Shown here in pieces: positions 30,534 to 40,211 of a DNA stretch of 64,000 nucleotides (positions are counted from its first letter, which is position 1; the number at the start of each line of letters is the position of its first letter). The notes below the pieces were generated by a model. It made no database searches, was not told the origin of the DNA, and was given only the letters and a program-made list of their open reading frames with translations. This DNA comes from an uncultured Acidobacteriota bacterium. GTDB taxonomy: Bacteria > Acidobacteriota > Terriglobia > UBA7540. Made by a program: the position numbers and the translations under genes. The stretch lies in assembly GCA_963804995.1 (NCBI GenBank), contig CAWDSK010000003.1:64001-128000 (forward strand), written 5' to 3'.

Positions 30534-30959
30534 TTAACGAGAAAGTCCCGGATTCGAGCTACCGAGCCATCGGTGCAGAAGCCTTACTGGAATGGCATAG
30601 ATTGGGTTTTCCCCTTCGTCCAGAGCTTTTTCGTAATACTTCCTGTACTCTTCAATCTCAAGTCGGGCGTACTTTAAATCCTCGGGCGATTCCCAGCACC
30701 CCAGGCATAGATCAAATAGCCTCTGTGCCTGATCGGCTGGAAAAACGTTCTTCAGGGCACCGAGTTCACTAGCCTCCAATGCCAGTAATAAATCAAAGAG
30801 AGCGCCCTCTTCATCGACAAACGAGAAAGACTCGTCGCGGATCAGTTGCTTGAAAATCCTCTTGATTTCTGGCCAGCGCCCATTAATGGCCTCAAGAACT
30901 GAGAATTGGAAGAATGCCGCTGCTTTATCCTCGGTGATGATCTTTTTGGCGGTTGCCAT
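30534..30959 (-). CDS. Hypothetical protein (lower GC)
   Basis: GGAG RBS before MATAKK; protein-like composition. Confidence 0.55.
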   Translation of the reverse strand: MATAKKIITEDKAAAFFQFSVLEAINGRWPEIKRIFKQLIRDESFSFVDEEGALFDLLLALEASELGALKNVFPADQAQRLFDLCLGCWESPEDLKYARLEIEEYRKYYEKALDEGENPIYAIPVRLLHRWLGSSNPGLSR

Positions 30960-30995
30960 AGACAACTCCATTGTTCTTACGAGGGGGATGCCCCT

Positions 30996-31043
30996 GTCAA
31001 TTCGTCTTTGGAATTCACCGTGGGTTCATGATCGAACCACGGT
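30996..31043. repeat. Structured intergenic repeat A, copy 3
   Basis: GTCAATTCGTCTTTGGAATTCACCGTGGG...CCACGGT, 8-nt deletion in the second hairpin. Confidence 0.7.
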
Positions 31044-31075
31044 CACCAAAGCAGCGACCGAGACTACGTTGTTGG

Positions 31076-31909
31076 TTACGACGTCTTCGGCTTCCACCGA
31101 ATCTGAATGTGATCGCCCTTTAGAAATACCTTCTTGTAAACGTACTCATTTCCGTTTTTTTGATCTGCATTTGAGGCGAAGATTTCCAATCCATCGCTCG
31201 CCGTCACACGCACGGTTGGGTAGATAACGGAAGTTCCGAAAAATATGACGTAGAAGTCTTTGAGCTTCCCTTTGACCACATACTGGATATACGAAGTCAA
31301 TTCGTCATCCCTGCTCAGTATCTGCTTCTTTCCTTTCCATTCGAGCACCATTGGCTCGTCCGTGGTATGCATTGTGATGTCATTCACCGAATGTGCATAA
31401 AGTGACTTGGTCGGGGAACGTAATGAGGCATAAAGGATTCGTGCTTCGAGCGGCTCCTCAGCGTCCAGGGACTGGCAGTATCTTGCGTACTTTGCGGCGA
31501 CAATCGTTGCGTTAATCGTGATTTTGAGTTCAACCCCACCTGCAATTTGCGTTGCATCTGCAACGACAGAGACATTCTTTCTATAGACTGCATTTTCAGA
31601 AACAAACTCTTGCAGTTTAGTCCGAAGCTCGATGGGCAAATTTATCCCCAGAAGATGGTGAAATATGTCACGGGCTGCGTCTTCTTGAAGTTTGCGCTTC
31701 AGATGGATGTCCACGCTCAGACTCAGAACGCCGGCGATCAGAAGCGCCTCACTTAATCTCAGCCCTAACTCACTGGGGCATTTCCATACTCCCCATACGC
31801 CAAAAAAGGTTAGGAAGATTCCTATAATGAAAACAGAATGCTGTTCCCACCTCCTTACAATTCTCATCCGGAATTCCGCCACAGGTTGCTCCTCTCGCCG
31901 GGAGCCCAT
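31076..31909 (-). CDS. Hypothetical protein with two N-terminal TM helices (lower GC)
   Basis: 277-aa ORF, AT-richer than flanks; start uncertain. Confidence 0.65.
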   Translation of the reverse strand: MGSRREEQPVAEFRMRIVRRWEQHSVFIIGIFLTFFGVWGVWKCPSELGLRLSEALLIAGVLSLSVDIHLKRKLQEDAARDIFHHLLGINLPIELRTKLQEFVSENAVYRKNVSVVADATQIAGGVELKITINATIVAAKYARYCQSLDAEEPLEARILYASLRSPTKSLYAHSVNDITMHTTDEPMVLEWKGKKQILSRDDELTSYIQYVVKGKLKDFYVIFFGTSVIYPTVRVTASDGLEIFASNADQKNGNEYVYKKVFLKGDHIQIRWKPKTS

Positions 31910-32182
31910 CCCAATAGCGTCCTCGAAAAGAAGTTAAACTTCTGGCTCGCGTGGCGTTGTGGGTTAGTAGCAAGACTCATTATGCACCTCCTGTAAGCAA
32001 GTCCGAAGCCAAAAGGATGTGGGGAAAAGAATGGTTATCTGGCGAGCAACAGGCTTTTTACCCTTGCCCGCGGACCACCAATGGAGGGCTTGACAAACAC
32101 CGTATTCGTTGTTCCATCATGGGCGTGGGATTGAGAAATATCAGCGTTCGCATTTCCATTACTTATAAAAGGGAGGCCCGCC

Positions 32183-32371
32183 ATGGCTACATTTACGGGA
32201 AAACAAGAATACACTTTCACAATCGAAGCCGAGACCGATAAGGACGCAACGGATACCCTTGAGAAGTTTCACGAGGAGGAGGATCAGATCTTGTATCGCC
32301 CGCAGAGCCGCATTAAGATTAATCGCTCTAGCGAATTTGCCTTGACAAGGATTGACGAGAAGAAGCATTAG
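32183..32371 (+). CDS. Small acidic hypothetical protein
   Basis: GGGAGG RBS, ATG start, 62 aa. Confidence 0.5.
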   Translation: MATFTGKQEYTFTIEAETDKDATDTLEKFHEEEDQILYRPQSRIKINRSSEFALTRIDEKKH

Positions 32372-34149
32372 CAAGTGCAGGTCGCACTTCCGGCTTTGAG
32401 GTCAGTGGTCTTTCCTAACGAAGAAGGGTCGCGGACGCTGCCCCCAACCTAAGAGTCAGTGCCAGAGCGTGGGCAAGGGATGAAGAATCGCCAGGCGAGG
32501 ACTTTGGGTGCGATTGGGGAGTAACGCCTTGCTGCTGAGTGTTGGTCACGATGACAACGCGTCCGGCGGCGCGGCTCTATCGCCGTACCTTCTTGAGGAG
32601 GCGCTCGTAGGCCTCCCGATAGACGCTATTCTTGGGATCGAGTTCGAAGGCCGACCGGTACTCTTCTAACGCCCCCCGGTGGTCGGTTTTCCGCTCAAGC
32701 GCAAAGCCAAGGCGGTAATGGGCTTCTGCGTCGTTGGGGTTTAGTCGTAATGCTTGGCGCTCTTCGGAGATTTCTCCGTCCCAATCGCCCTTGATCTCAA
32801 GCGTTTTCCCAAGGTAAACGTGCGCCATCTCGCTTTTGGGATTGAGGCGCAGCGCCTCACGATATTCCGCGATTCCTCCCTCCCAGTCGCCCTTGACAAC
32901 AAGCCCATAACCGAGGGCCACGTGCGCCCCGTCATTATTGGGGTTTAGGCGCAGGGCCTCACGGAACTCCGCCATCGCACCATCCCAGTTGCCCTTGTTC
33001 GCAAGCGCAACGCCGAGGTTGTAGTGCACATTGTCATCATCGTGGTTCAACTGCGAAAGACGTTCGTAATTCCCTTTATAGGTCGCGTTTTTGGGGTCGA
33101 GCGTGAAGGCCGCGTGATATTCCTCCAGAGCCCCCCGCCGGTCACCTTTCTTCTCCAGTGCGAACCCGAGGCCCTCGTGCACCGCGTCACTATTTGGGTT
33201 TAAGCGCAGCGCCTCGCGGAATTCCGTGATCGCTCCGTCCCAGTCGTGCCTGAGTCCGAGCGCGACGCCGAGGTTGAAGTGCGGCTGGTCATTATTAGGG
33301 TTCAAGCGGAGGGCTTCGCGTTCTTCCGCGATCGCCGCATCCCATTCGCCCTTCTTTCCGAGCGCGAGGCCGAGGTTGCTGTGCGCCAAGTCATTATTGG
33401 GGTTTAGGCGCAGCGCCTCACGCTCTTCAGCGATCTCGCCATCCCTGTCACCCTTGTTTCCGAGCGCGATACCCAGGTTGTTGTGCGCCATGTCATTATC
33501 AGGGTTTAGGCGCAGCGCTGCGCGTTCTTCAGTAATCTCTCCGTCCCAATCGCCCTTGTTTCCGAGTGTGGCACCGAGGTCGAAGTGTAACTCCGCATCC
33601 TCAGGGGCTAGGCGAAGCGCCGCGCGAAACTCGGCCTCGGCGTCAGCGTACTGTTTGCCCCTGTAGAATTCCCCCGCACGCGCGACATGTTGCCGCACTT
33701 CCGTTTGCCGCGCCTGGAGTGCGGGGTCAACATGCTCCGGCTTCGTCACCTTGGCACTTTTGAGCGCGCTGATTAGTTCGTCCTCGCCACCAGCCAAGCG
33801 GGCTTCCTGAAGGTAGTCATCCGTGGGCTCAAAATCGATTCCGCGTTCCTGGACCAGCATAGTGACTCGATGGCTCGGCACTTGGCCCGCCAGCAAGGCG
33901 AAAACCTGCACCTGGTTCAGCGGCTTCTTCGCACTCGCAGACCCGGGCGGCTTGGCTGTGCGCAGCGCCTTAAGAAATGCCTCGCTCGCGCCTGCGGCCT
34001 TGAGGGTTTGGCAAAAATCCTCAGACGGGGCGAAATCAATCCCGCGCTGCTCGATCAGCTTGGCGCCCGACTCATCGCCCAACCCGTCCCGCACCAGGCC
34101 TTCGACCTGCTCCCGCGTAAAGGGCTTCGCCGTGCTGAGGCCTGGAGTT

Positions 34150-34297
34150 GTAGCGCTGACCTTGAAAGCCTGCCCTGAGCTTGCCGAAGGGTCAGCGTGC
34201 CGTAGCGGCGGCATGCATCCCGATCCTATCGGGACGCCGCCATGGCGAGGTAAACTCGCCGCTACGTAAGCATGTGCCGACCTCAAGGTCGGCGCTA
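34150..34297. repeat. Nested GTAG...CTAC REP doublets inside the TPR coding sequence
   Basis: Outer GTAGCGCTGACCTTG ... GTGCCGACCTCAAGGTCGGCGCTA(C); inner GTAGCGGCGGCAT ... CTCGCCGCTAC. Confidence 0.8.
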
Positions 34298-35061
34298 GTG
34301 CGCCTGAGAGCGCACACGACCGGAGAGGTGAAAGTCCTCTCCAAGTCGACGTAACTTGTAATCAACTGCAACTGCGTCGTGGTGACACGGGGTGGGGAGC
34401 AGCAGGAGGTGAACGGCCAGTCCGTACGATAAGAAACTCGATTCGGCCGGTGAGGCGTGGCGAGCCTGCTAGCGAATGGCGAAGCCCCGAGTTCCCGTTC
34501 CCATAGGGAAGCAATCTTGGTTCGATCCGCCGACAGGTAACGTGCCTTGGCGAGACGGAGCGCACGCAGGTGGTTGGAGACGGAATGGTCGGAAGGTCGG
34601 GTGCGTGAATCAGGGAGACCTGTTCGCGTGGAGCCGAAGGGGTGGCCGCTGGGAAGAGCCCGAGCACTGCCAGGACGGCGCGAGCAGGAGTCAGAGCGTC
34701 CATAAGAGCGACGAAGGGCCGTAATGGGTCTGGAGCGAAGGGACGCAGGAAGGTGGATGAGGAACTTCGGAGGAACGGGGATACCCCCACGGCCAAGTGC
34801 CTTCGGGCTAAACCGCACGTGGGCTCGACTCGCCATCGCTGGAGCCGAGCACCTGAACCTTGGGAGTTCATCATAGTGGTGGCCCTCTGCGGAGGGCGCG
34901 GCTTCTCGCCGATCCTCCGGTGCCTTCTCCTGGGCCTCGGTTGGACCGACATCACTCCTCTTCGAGGTAAAACCACCGACTGGAGAGCCGGATGCGGGAG
35001 ATCCGCCTGTCCGGTTCGGAGGGAGGGGGGACCGAACTCAATCGGTTCTCCCTACCCCTAT
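34298..35061 (+). ncRNA. Group II intron ribozyme, ORF-less (764 nt)
   Basis: 5' GTGCG; domain V GAGCCGGATGCGGGAGATCCGCCTGTCCGGTTC (AGC triad); domain VI GGAGGGAGGGGG...CTCCCTACCCCT with bulged A; 3' AT; precise removal restores the host ORF; no RT ORF. Confidence 0.92.
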
Positions 35062-35216
35062 CGATCTTCTGCTGTGCCCACAGGGGCGGCGTCAGAATCA
35101 GGGGTAGGACGAGGAGGAGCAGGAATAGTCGGGGCCGCATGGGTGCCTCCCGAAATGAGGAATGCGGGCATTCTACCACCTAGCGCAGCGCTGCGTAGCC
35201 GCAACCCAGGCAGGAC

Positions 35217-35358
35217 TCACCGCAGAGGCGCGGAGGCACAGAGTCTTGAAATCCAAAGGCCTTTTCTCTGCGTCTCAGCGCCTCGGCGGTAAATATTATA
35301 TTTACTCGCGGCTTTTCCTCCGCTCGGTCTCCGTGACCTCTGTGGCCTCTGTGGTGAA
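35217..35358. repeat. CACCGCAGAG...CTCTGCG...GCGGT palindromic repeat family
   Basis: Long imperfect hairpin; related to the core of the MITE at 40212-40339. Confidence 0.6.
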
Positions 35359-35430
35359 ATCCTTTGGGGTTAATGGGGGGAGGGCGAGGGGTCTTGTCGC
35401 AGGTATTTCAGATTCTCAACTGGCGGCAAT

Positions 35431-36372
35431 TTAGAAACTTCCCACGGTTTCGCGGGGCAAGAGCCTGACCCCGTTGAGAAAATCGCGTGCCGGAAGGCGC
35501 CGGCGGCCCTCCAGTTGAACTTCCTTAGCCTCGAGCCGCGTTTTCTGGCCGCAAGCCACGAACAAGTTACCGTGTGAAGCCATCAGGGTGCCGGGCTCAA
35601 GTAAACAGGGCTCGGTGGCGGTTGGCACTCCGGCTGCCCAGATGTGCAAGTTCTTGCCGCGGAACATGGTGTAGGCGCCCGGCCAAGGACGCAGACCGCG
35701 AACGCGATACCAGACCTCTTTTGCGGGAAGCGTCCAATCTATTCGCCCGTCTTCCTTCTTCAGGATGGGTGCGAACGTCGCCTGCTTGTGATCTTGCGGC
35801 TGGGCCTGGATATCGCCACGTTCCAGCCGCCGCAGCGTTTCGACCATCAAATCTGCGCCCAACCGGCTAAGCCGTTCCCCAAGCGTTTCCGTCGTGTCCT
35901 CATCCTGAATGGCCTCTTCCCTCTTCAGCAGAATGTCGCCGGTATCCAATCCCTCATCGATCCGCATATTTGTCACGCCGGTCACAGATTCTCCCCGACT
36001 CAGCGCCCACTGAATCGGCGCCGCCCCACGGTATTTGGGAAGAAGGGAGGCGTGCAGGTTGATGCATCCCAAGCGCGGGAGGTCAATCAACCATTTCGGG
36101 AGGATGTGGCCGTAGGCAATTACTACCAGTGCGTCAGGCCGAAAGCGTGAGAGGAACTCCACCGTGGCCGGATCTTTAAGTTTCGGGGGCTGGAAGACTT
36201 CCAGGCCATAACGTAAAGCCGATTGTTTGACAGGCGGAACCTTCAGCTCATACCCGCGACCGCTGGGCTCGTCGGGATTCGTCACAACGAGATCGACGGA
36301 AAATTGCTCCGTGATAAGTTTTTCCAGGGTGGGGACGGCGAACTCAGGTGTGCCGCAGAAGATTAGTTTCAT
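35431..36372 (-). CDS. fmt: Methionyl-tRNA formyltransferase
   Basis: FCGTPEFA, INLHASLLPKYRGAAPIQW, GLDTGD, PWPGAYT. Confidence 0.96.
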   Translation of the reverse strand: MKLIFCGTPEFAVPTLEKLITEQFSVDLVVTNPDEPSGRGYELKVPPVKQSALRYGLEVFQPPKLKDPATVEFLSRFRPDALVVIAYGHILPKWLIDLPRLGCINLHASLLPKYRGAAPIQWALSRGESVTGVTNMRIDEGLDTGDILLKREEAIQDEDTTETLGERLSRLGADLMVETLRRLERGDIQAQPQDHKQATFAPILKKEDGRIDWTLPAKEVWYRVRGLRPWPGAYTMFRGKNLHIWAAGVPTATEPCLLEPGTLMASHGNLFVACGQKTRLEAKEVQLEGRRRLPARDFLNGVRLLPRETVGSF

Positions 36373-36521
36373 CTGTCCGTGGTCTGTGGTCAATGGTCAG
36401 TAATCCGTCGCATTTGACCGACTTTCATTAGTTGCTAGTGGCCCCTATAGGCAATCGGGGGGAATTTCATCTTAAGCCGAAACGGCAGGCAACTGACTAC
36501 GGACAACGAACCACGGACGCC

Positions 36522-37031
36522 CTACCATTCCCCGGCTTTCATCATTTTGCGAATCTTGCGTTGGATGGACTCCCGCTTGAGGCGGCCGACGTGTTGAATG
36601 AAAAGCTTGCCGTTCAAGTGGTCCGTCTCGTGGCAAAAGGCGCGGGCCAGTAAACCCTCGCCGATGGTGGTGAAATCCTTGCCGTGGATGTCCTGCGCCC
36701 GCACCGTGACGCGAGCCGGACGTGGAGTTTTGGCGCGAAAATCCGGCAGGCTTAAGCAGCCTTCCTCCTGTGTCTGCTCACCCTCCAAGGTCACGATTAC
36801 AGGGTTGGCCAGGACCAGCTTAGCGTTTGGATCTTCACCCGAGGTCACGTCAATAACAGTCAACCGCAAAGAGAGACCTATCTGCGGCGCCGCCAGGCCG
36901 ACCCCATTCGCCGCGTACATGGTCTCAAACATGTCCGCCACTAATTTTTCCAGATTGCCATTGAAGTCGGTAATCGGGTTCCCGGGCTTCTCCAGAACGT
37001 CCCGGCCGTATTTGACAATGGGATAGATCAT
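36522..37031 (-). CDS. def: Peptide deformylase
   Basis: GVGLAAPQIG, EGCLS, HETDHLNG. Confidence 0.96.
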   Translation of the reverse strand: MIYPIVKYGRDVLEKPGNPITDFNGNLEKLVADMFETMYAANGVGLAAPQIGLSLRLTVIDVTSGEDPNAKLVLANPVIVTLEGEQTQEEGCLSLPDFRAKTPRPARVTVRAQDIHGKDFTTIGEGLLARAFCHETDHLNGKLFIQHVGRLKRESIQRKIRKMMKAGEW

Positions 37032-37045
37032 TTTCGGAATTCGAC

Positions 37046-38221
37046 TTAGAATCTCCGGACTTGTTCCAGGTATCCTTCAACATTCCGGCGGGTCTCTTCC
37101 ATGGAGTCCCCGCCAAATTTCTCAAGGAAGGCGCGGGCCAGGATCAGCGCCACCATCGACTCACCCACCACCCCCGCGGCCGGAACAACACAAACATCGG
37201 AGCGCTCGTAAGCGGCCTTCACAATCTCCTTGGTTTCAAAGTCAACGGATTCCAGCGGCCGGCGCAGGGTTGAAATGGGTTTCAAATAACCCCGCACGAT
37301 AACATCTTCGCCATTCGTAATGCCGCCTTCCAGGCCGCCCGCACGATTGGTTTTTCGCGTATAGCGCGTGTGTTCGCGGTCGTATCCGATTTCGTCGTGA
37401 ACGTTCGAACCCACCGCCGCGGCGTTCGCGATGCCGCTCCCAATTTCCACGGCCTTGACCGCCTGAATCGACATCACCGCCTGCGCCAACTGGCCGTCCA
37501 GCCGCTCATCCCACTGCGCCGAGGAGCCTAGACCCGCGGGAAGGCCGCGTACCATCACCTCGAAGGTTCCGCCCACGGTGTCGCGGGCTTCGGTCGCACG
37601 GTCCACCTCTTCCCTCATGCGAGCTTCGACGGTGGGGTCCACGCAGGAGAGCATGGGATCCTCGCGGTCCGGCAAGGCCAACACCTTCTCGAAAGGCGCA
37701 GGGGAATTCCCTATCGTCACCTGACCGAGAGATACGACGTGGCTTGCGACCTCGATCCCAAAACTTTTGAGAAAGAGTTTCGCCACGGCGCCCACGGCCA
37801 CGCGCGCCGTGGTTTCGCGCGCGCTCGCGCGCTCCAATACGTAGCGGGCTTCGCGAAAGTTGTATTTCAGGCACCCTGCCAGGTCCGCGTGACCCGGCCG
37901 CGGTGGCGAAAGCGGCTTGTACTTGGCGCGCGATTCCGGCCGGTCTTCGACCGCCATCGCTTCCTTCCAATTCTCCCAATCCCGATTGGCAATTAAAATG
38001 GCGATAGGCGATCCGATCGTCTGGCCATGCCTTACACCGGAGAGGAACTGAGCCGTGTCGGTTTCAATCTTCATGCGCCCGCCGCGCCCATAGCCACCCT
38101 GGCGGCGCCGCAGGTCGCGGTTCACATAGTCGAAGTCAAGGCGCAAGCCCGCGGGCAATCCGGAAAGGATCGCGATCAGCCCCTGCCCGTGTGACTCGCC
38201 GGTGGTTTGGAAACGCAGCAT
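37046..38221 (-). CDS. aroC: Chorismate synthase
   Basis: TGESHG, RRQGGYGRGGRM, RPGHAD, ERASARET, GGLEGGITNG, ERSDVC. Confidence 0.96.
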   Translation of the reverse strand: MLRFQTTGESHGQGLIAILSGLPAGLRLDFDYVNRDLRRRQGGYGRGGRMKIETDTAQFLSGVRHGQTIGSPIAILIANRDWENWKEAMAVEDRPESRAKYKPLSPPRPGHADLAGCLKYNFREARYVLERASARETTARVAVGAVAKLFLKSFGIEVASHVVSLGQVTIGNSPAPFEKVLALPDREDPMLSCVDPTVEARMREEVDRATEARDTVGGTFEVMVRGLPAGLGSSAQWDERLDGQLAQAVMSIQAVKAVEIGSGIANAAAVGSNVHDEIGYDREHTRYTRKTNRAGGLEGGITNGEDVIVRGYLKPISTLRRPLESVDFETKEIVKAAYERSDVCVVPAAGVVGESMVALILARAFLEKFGGDSMEETRRNVEGYLEQVRRF

Positions 38222-38360
38222 AGCTCTGACTCTTGGGCACTCGTTGGGCACGCCCAAATCATGTAATTCTATCGGATTCCGCGCGAGCGGTCAAAATTTG
38301 CGAAACACCGGTAGTGGGTCAATTTGGGTTGTTGTAGCGGCGGTCTCCGACCGCCGCTAC

Positions 38361-40123
38361 CTGGACTTTGGCCTTTAACTAGATAAAGGCTGTCGGAAAG
38401 TATTTACTTGCAGAAAAGCCAGTCTTCTGATATCTAGTTATATGACTAGATATTCCTCAAGGAGGCTTTTCTCATGGGGTTCCCTACCAAAGTACAGCTT
38501 ATCAAACGCCAGGCGAGCGAGCAGTGGTACATCAACTTTCCTTCCGCCCTCGCCCAAGCCATGGAGTTTGCGCGCGGCGAATCGGTCGAATGGTTCGTCG
38601 AAAACAAAGGTCTGCTGGCCCTGCGACGAGCCTCGCCGCCGCCTTCCGTGCTAAAAAAAACTCTACCGGCGTCCTCGCCGAACTCGAACAACTCTGGAGC
38701 CAATGTTTCCCGGGCTTCCGCCAGCGCCGCGTTGCCGCGCACGCCCAAGCCCTCGCGCTGAGCACCTTGCTTTGTCTGGGACGCCATACCGTGACCGGTC
38801 TGCTCACCACTTGCGGCCTGCAGTTCCGTGACTGGACCTCCAGTTACCGGCTCTTCTCCCAGCACCGTCTGCGGGTCGAGGCGCTCTTCTCCGTGGTGCG
38901 CCGCGCGGTGGTGAGCGAACTCGCACCCGGCGCTCCCGTCTGCGCCCTCCTCGATGACTCGCTGTTGCGTCGTTCCGGTCGGCGCACTCCCGGGGTGGCT
39001 TGGCGCCGCGACCCGCTGGGCCCGCGCTTTCAAACCAACTTCGTGCGCGCCCAGCGTTTTCTTCAAACCTCCCTCGCGCTCCCCACTCCCGACGGCTCCT
39101 GCCGCTTGCTCCCCATTGCTTTCCGCCATGCCCCCACGCCCCGCAAGCCTTCCCGGCAGGCCCCCGCCGCCGAGCAGCAGCAGTACCGCACCCAAGCGCG
39201 CGCTGCCCGCCTCGGTCAACGCGCCAGCGAACAGATCCACGATCTGCGTGCGGCCCTTGACTCCGATCCCGCCTCCGCTTCGCGCCTTCTCCTCGTCGCC
39301 TTCGATGGCGGATACACCAACCGCACCGTCCTCAAACGCCTTCCTCCCCATACCACCGCCATCGGCCGGCTCCGCAAAGATGCTCAGTTGCTGTTCCGGC
39401 CCGATCCCCAAACCCAAAAGGCGCGCGGTCGCCGTCTCTGCTACGGGCCTCCCGCTCCCACTCCCGAGCAGGTCCGCACCGACGATGCTCCCTGGCAGAC
39501 CTTGACCTTTACCCATCACGGCATTCCCCATCAACTCCGCTTCAAGCGCCGCACCGGCCTCCTGTGGCGTGCCGCCGGCGCCCACCAATTCCTGCAACTT
39601 GTCGTCATCGCGCCGCTCGCCTATCGTCTGCGCCAAGGTTCCAAGCTGCTCTATCGCCAACCCGCCTTCCTCCTCTGCACCGACGAAAACCTCGACCCCC
39701 AACTCCTCATCACAACTTACTTCCAACGCTGGGACATTGAAGTTAATTTCCGCGATGAAAAAACTCTGCTGGGAGTGGGCCAAGCCCAGGTCCGCTCCCC
39801 CCATTCGGTCGAGTCTGCCCCCGCCTTCACCGTGGCCGCCTATGCCCTCTTGCTCCTCGCTACCCATCGCGCCTTCGCCCGTACCCGCCACGGCCTGCTG
39901 CCGCGCCCCAAGTGGATCCACGCTGCCCCCACTGCCCGCATCTCCACCCAACACGCCATCCATCAACTGCGCGCCGAGGTCTGGGGCCGGGGACTGGGTC
40001 TCGATCATTTCTCCGGCTTCGCGCCTCCCCAACCCTCTACAACGAAGCCCCAGAATTGTACCTTCCCCCTCGCCTCCGCCCTCTGCTACGCCAATGCTTG
40101 AACTGCAAAAGGCCAAAGGCCAG
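38361..40123 (+). mobile_element. IS701/ISH3-like (IS4 superfamily) insertion sequence
   Basis: TIRs CTGGACTTTGGCCTTT / AAAGGCCAAAGGCCAG (15/16); 27-bp direct repeat at 38334-38360 and 40124-40150. Confidence 0.88.
38474..40101 (+). CDS. DDE transposase, small OrfA fused by probable -1 frameshift
   Basis: OrfA 38474..38761 after AAGGAGG; A8 at 38653-38660; DDE frame with LLDDSLLRRSG, AFDGGY, YFQRWDIEVNFRDEK. Confidence 0.85.
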
Positions 40124-40211
40124 GTAGCGGCGGTCTCCGACCGCCGCTACAGCAAATTGACCCACCACCGAAACACCAGAAGTGACGCATTTCGAGGTGC
40201 CACGGGCGTCC

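Larger units (their letters stand above)
32577..35140 (-). pseudogene. Secreted TPR-repeat protein interrupted by an antisense group II intron
   Basis: Signal peptide MRPRLFLLLLVLPLILTPPLWAQQKI (35140-35063, GGAGG RBS) joins in frame to 34297..32577 once 34298..35061 is removed (599 aa); about 10 TPRs. Confidence 0.88.
38310..40169. mobile_element. 70-bp MITE carrying a REP hairpin, split by the IS below
   Basis: TIRs GGTAGTGGGTCAATTTG (38310-38326) / CAAATTGACCCACCACC (40153-40169); GAAACACC duplicated at 38302-38309 and 40170-40177. Confidence 0.85.

Noticed and set aside
28362..31043. Canonical integron attC sites
   Set aside because: No RYYYAAC/GTTRRRY boxes or single long hairpin; retained only as a non-canonical repeat
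32577..33660. Diversity-generating retroelement TR/VR pair
   Set aside because: Repeats are ordinary 34-aa TPR units; no RT and no evident adenine-specific mismatch pattern
35180..35207. A further complete MITE starting CTAGCGCAGCG...GCCGCAACC
   Set aside because: No matching right end found nearby
34642..35292. Intron-encoded protein
   Set aside because: No RT (YADD-like) motifs; the ORF runs through DV/DVI and out of the intron
38446..40116. 556-aa minus-strand ORF and other long antisense ORFs (17346..18494, 44952..45923, 20010..20939)
   Set aside because: Shadow ORFs of recognisable genes in GC-rich DNA
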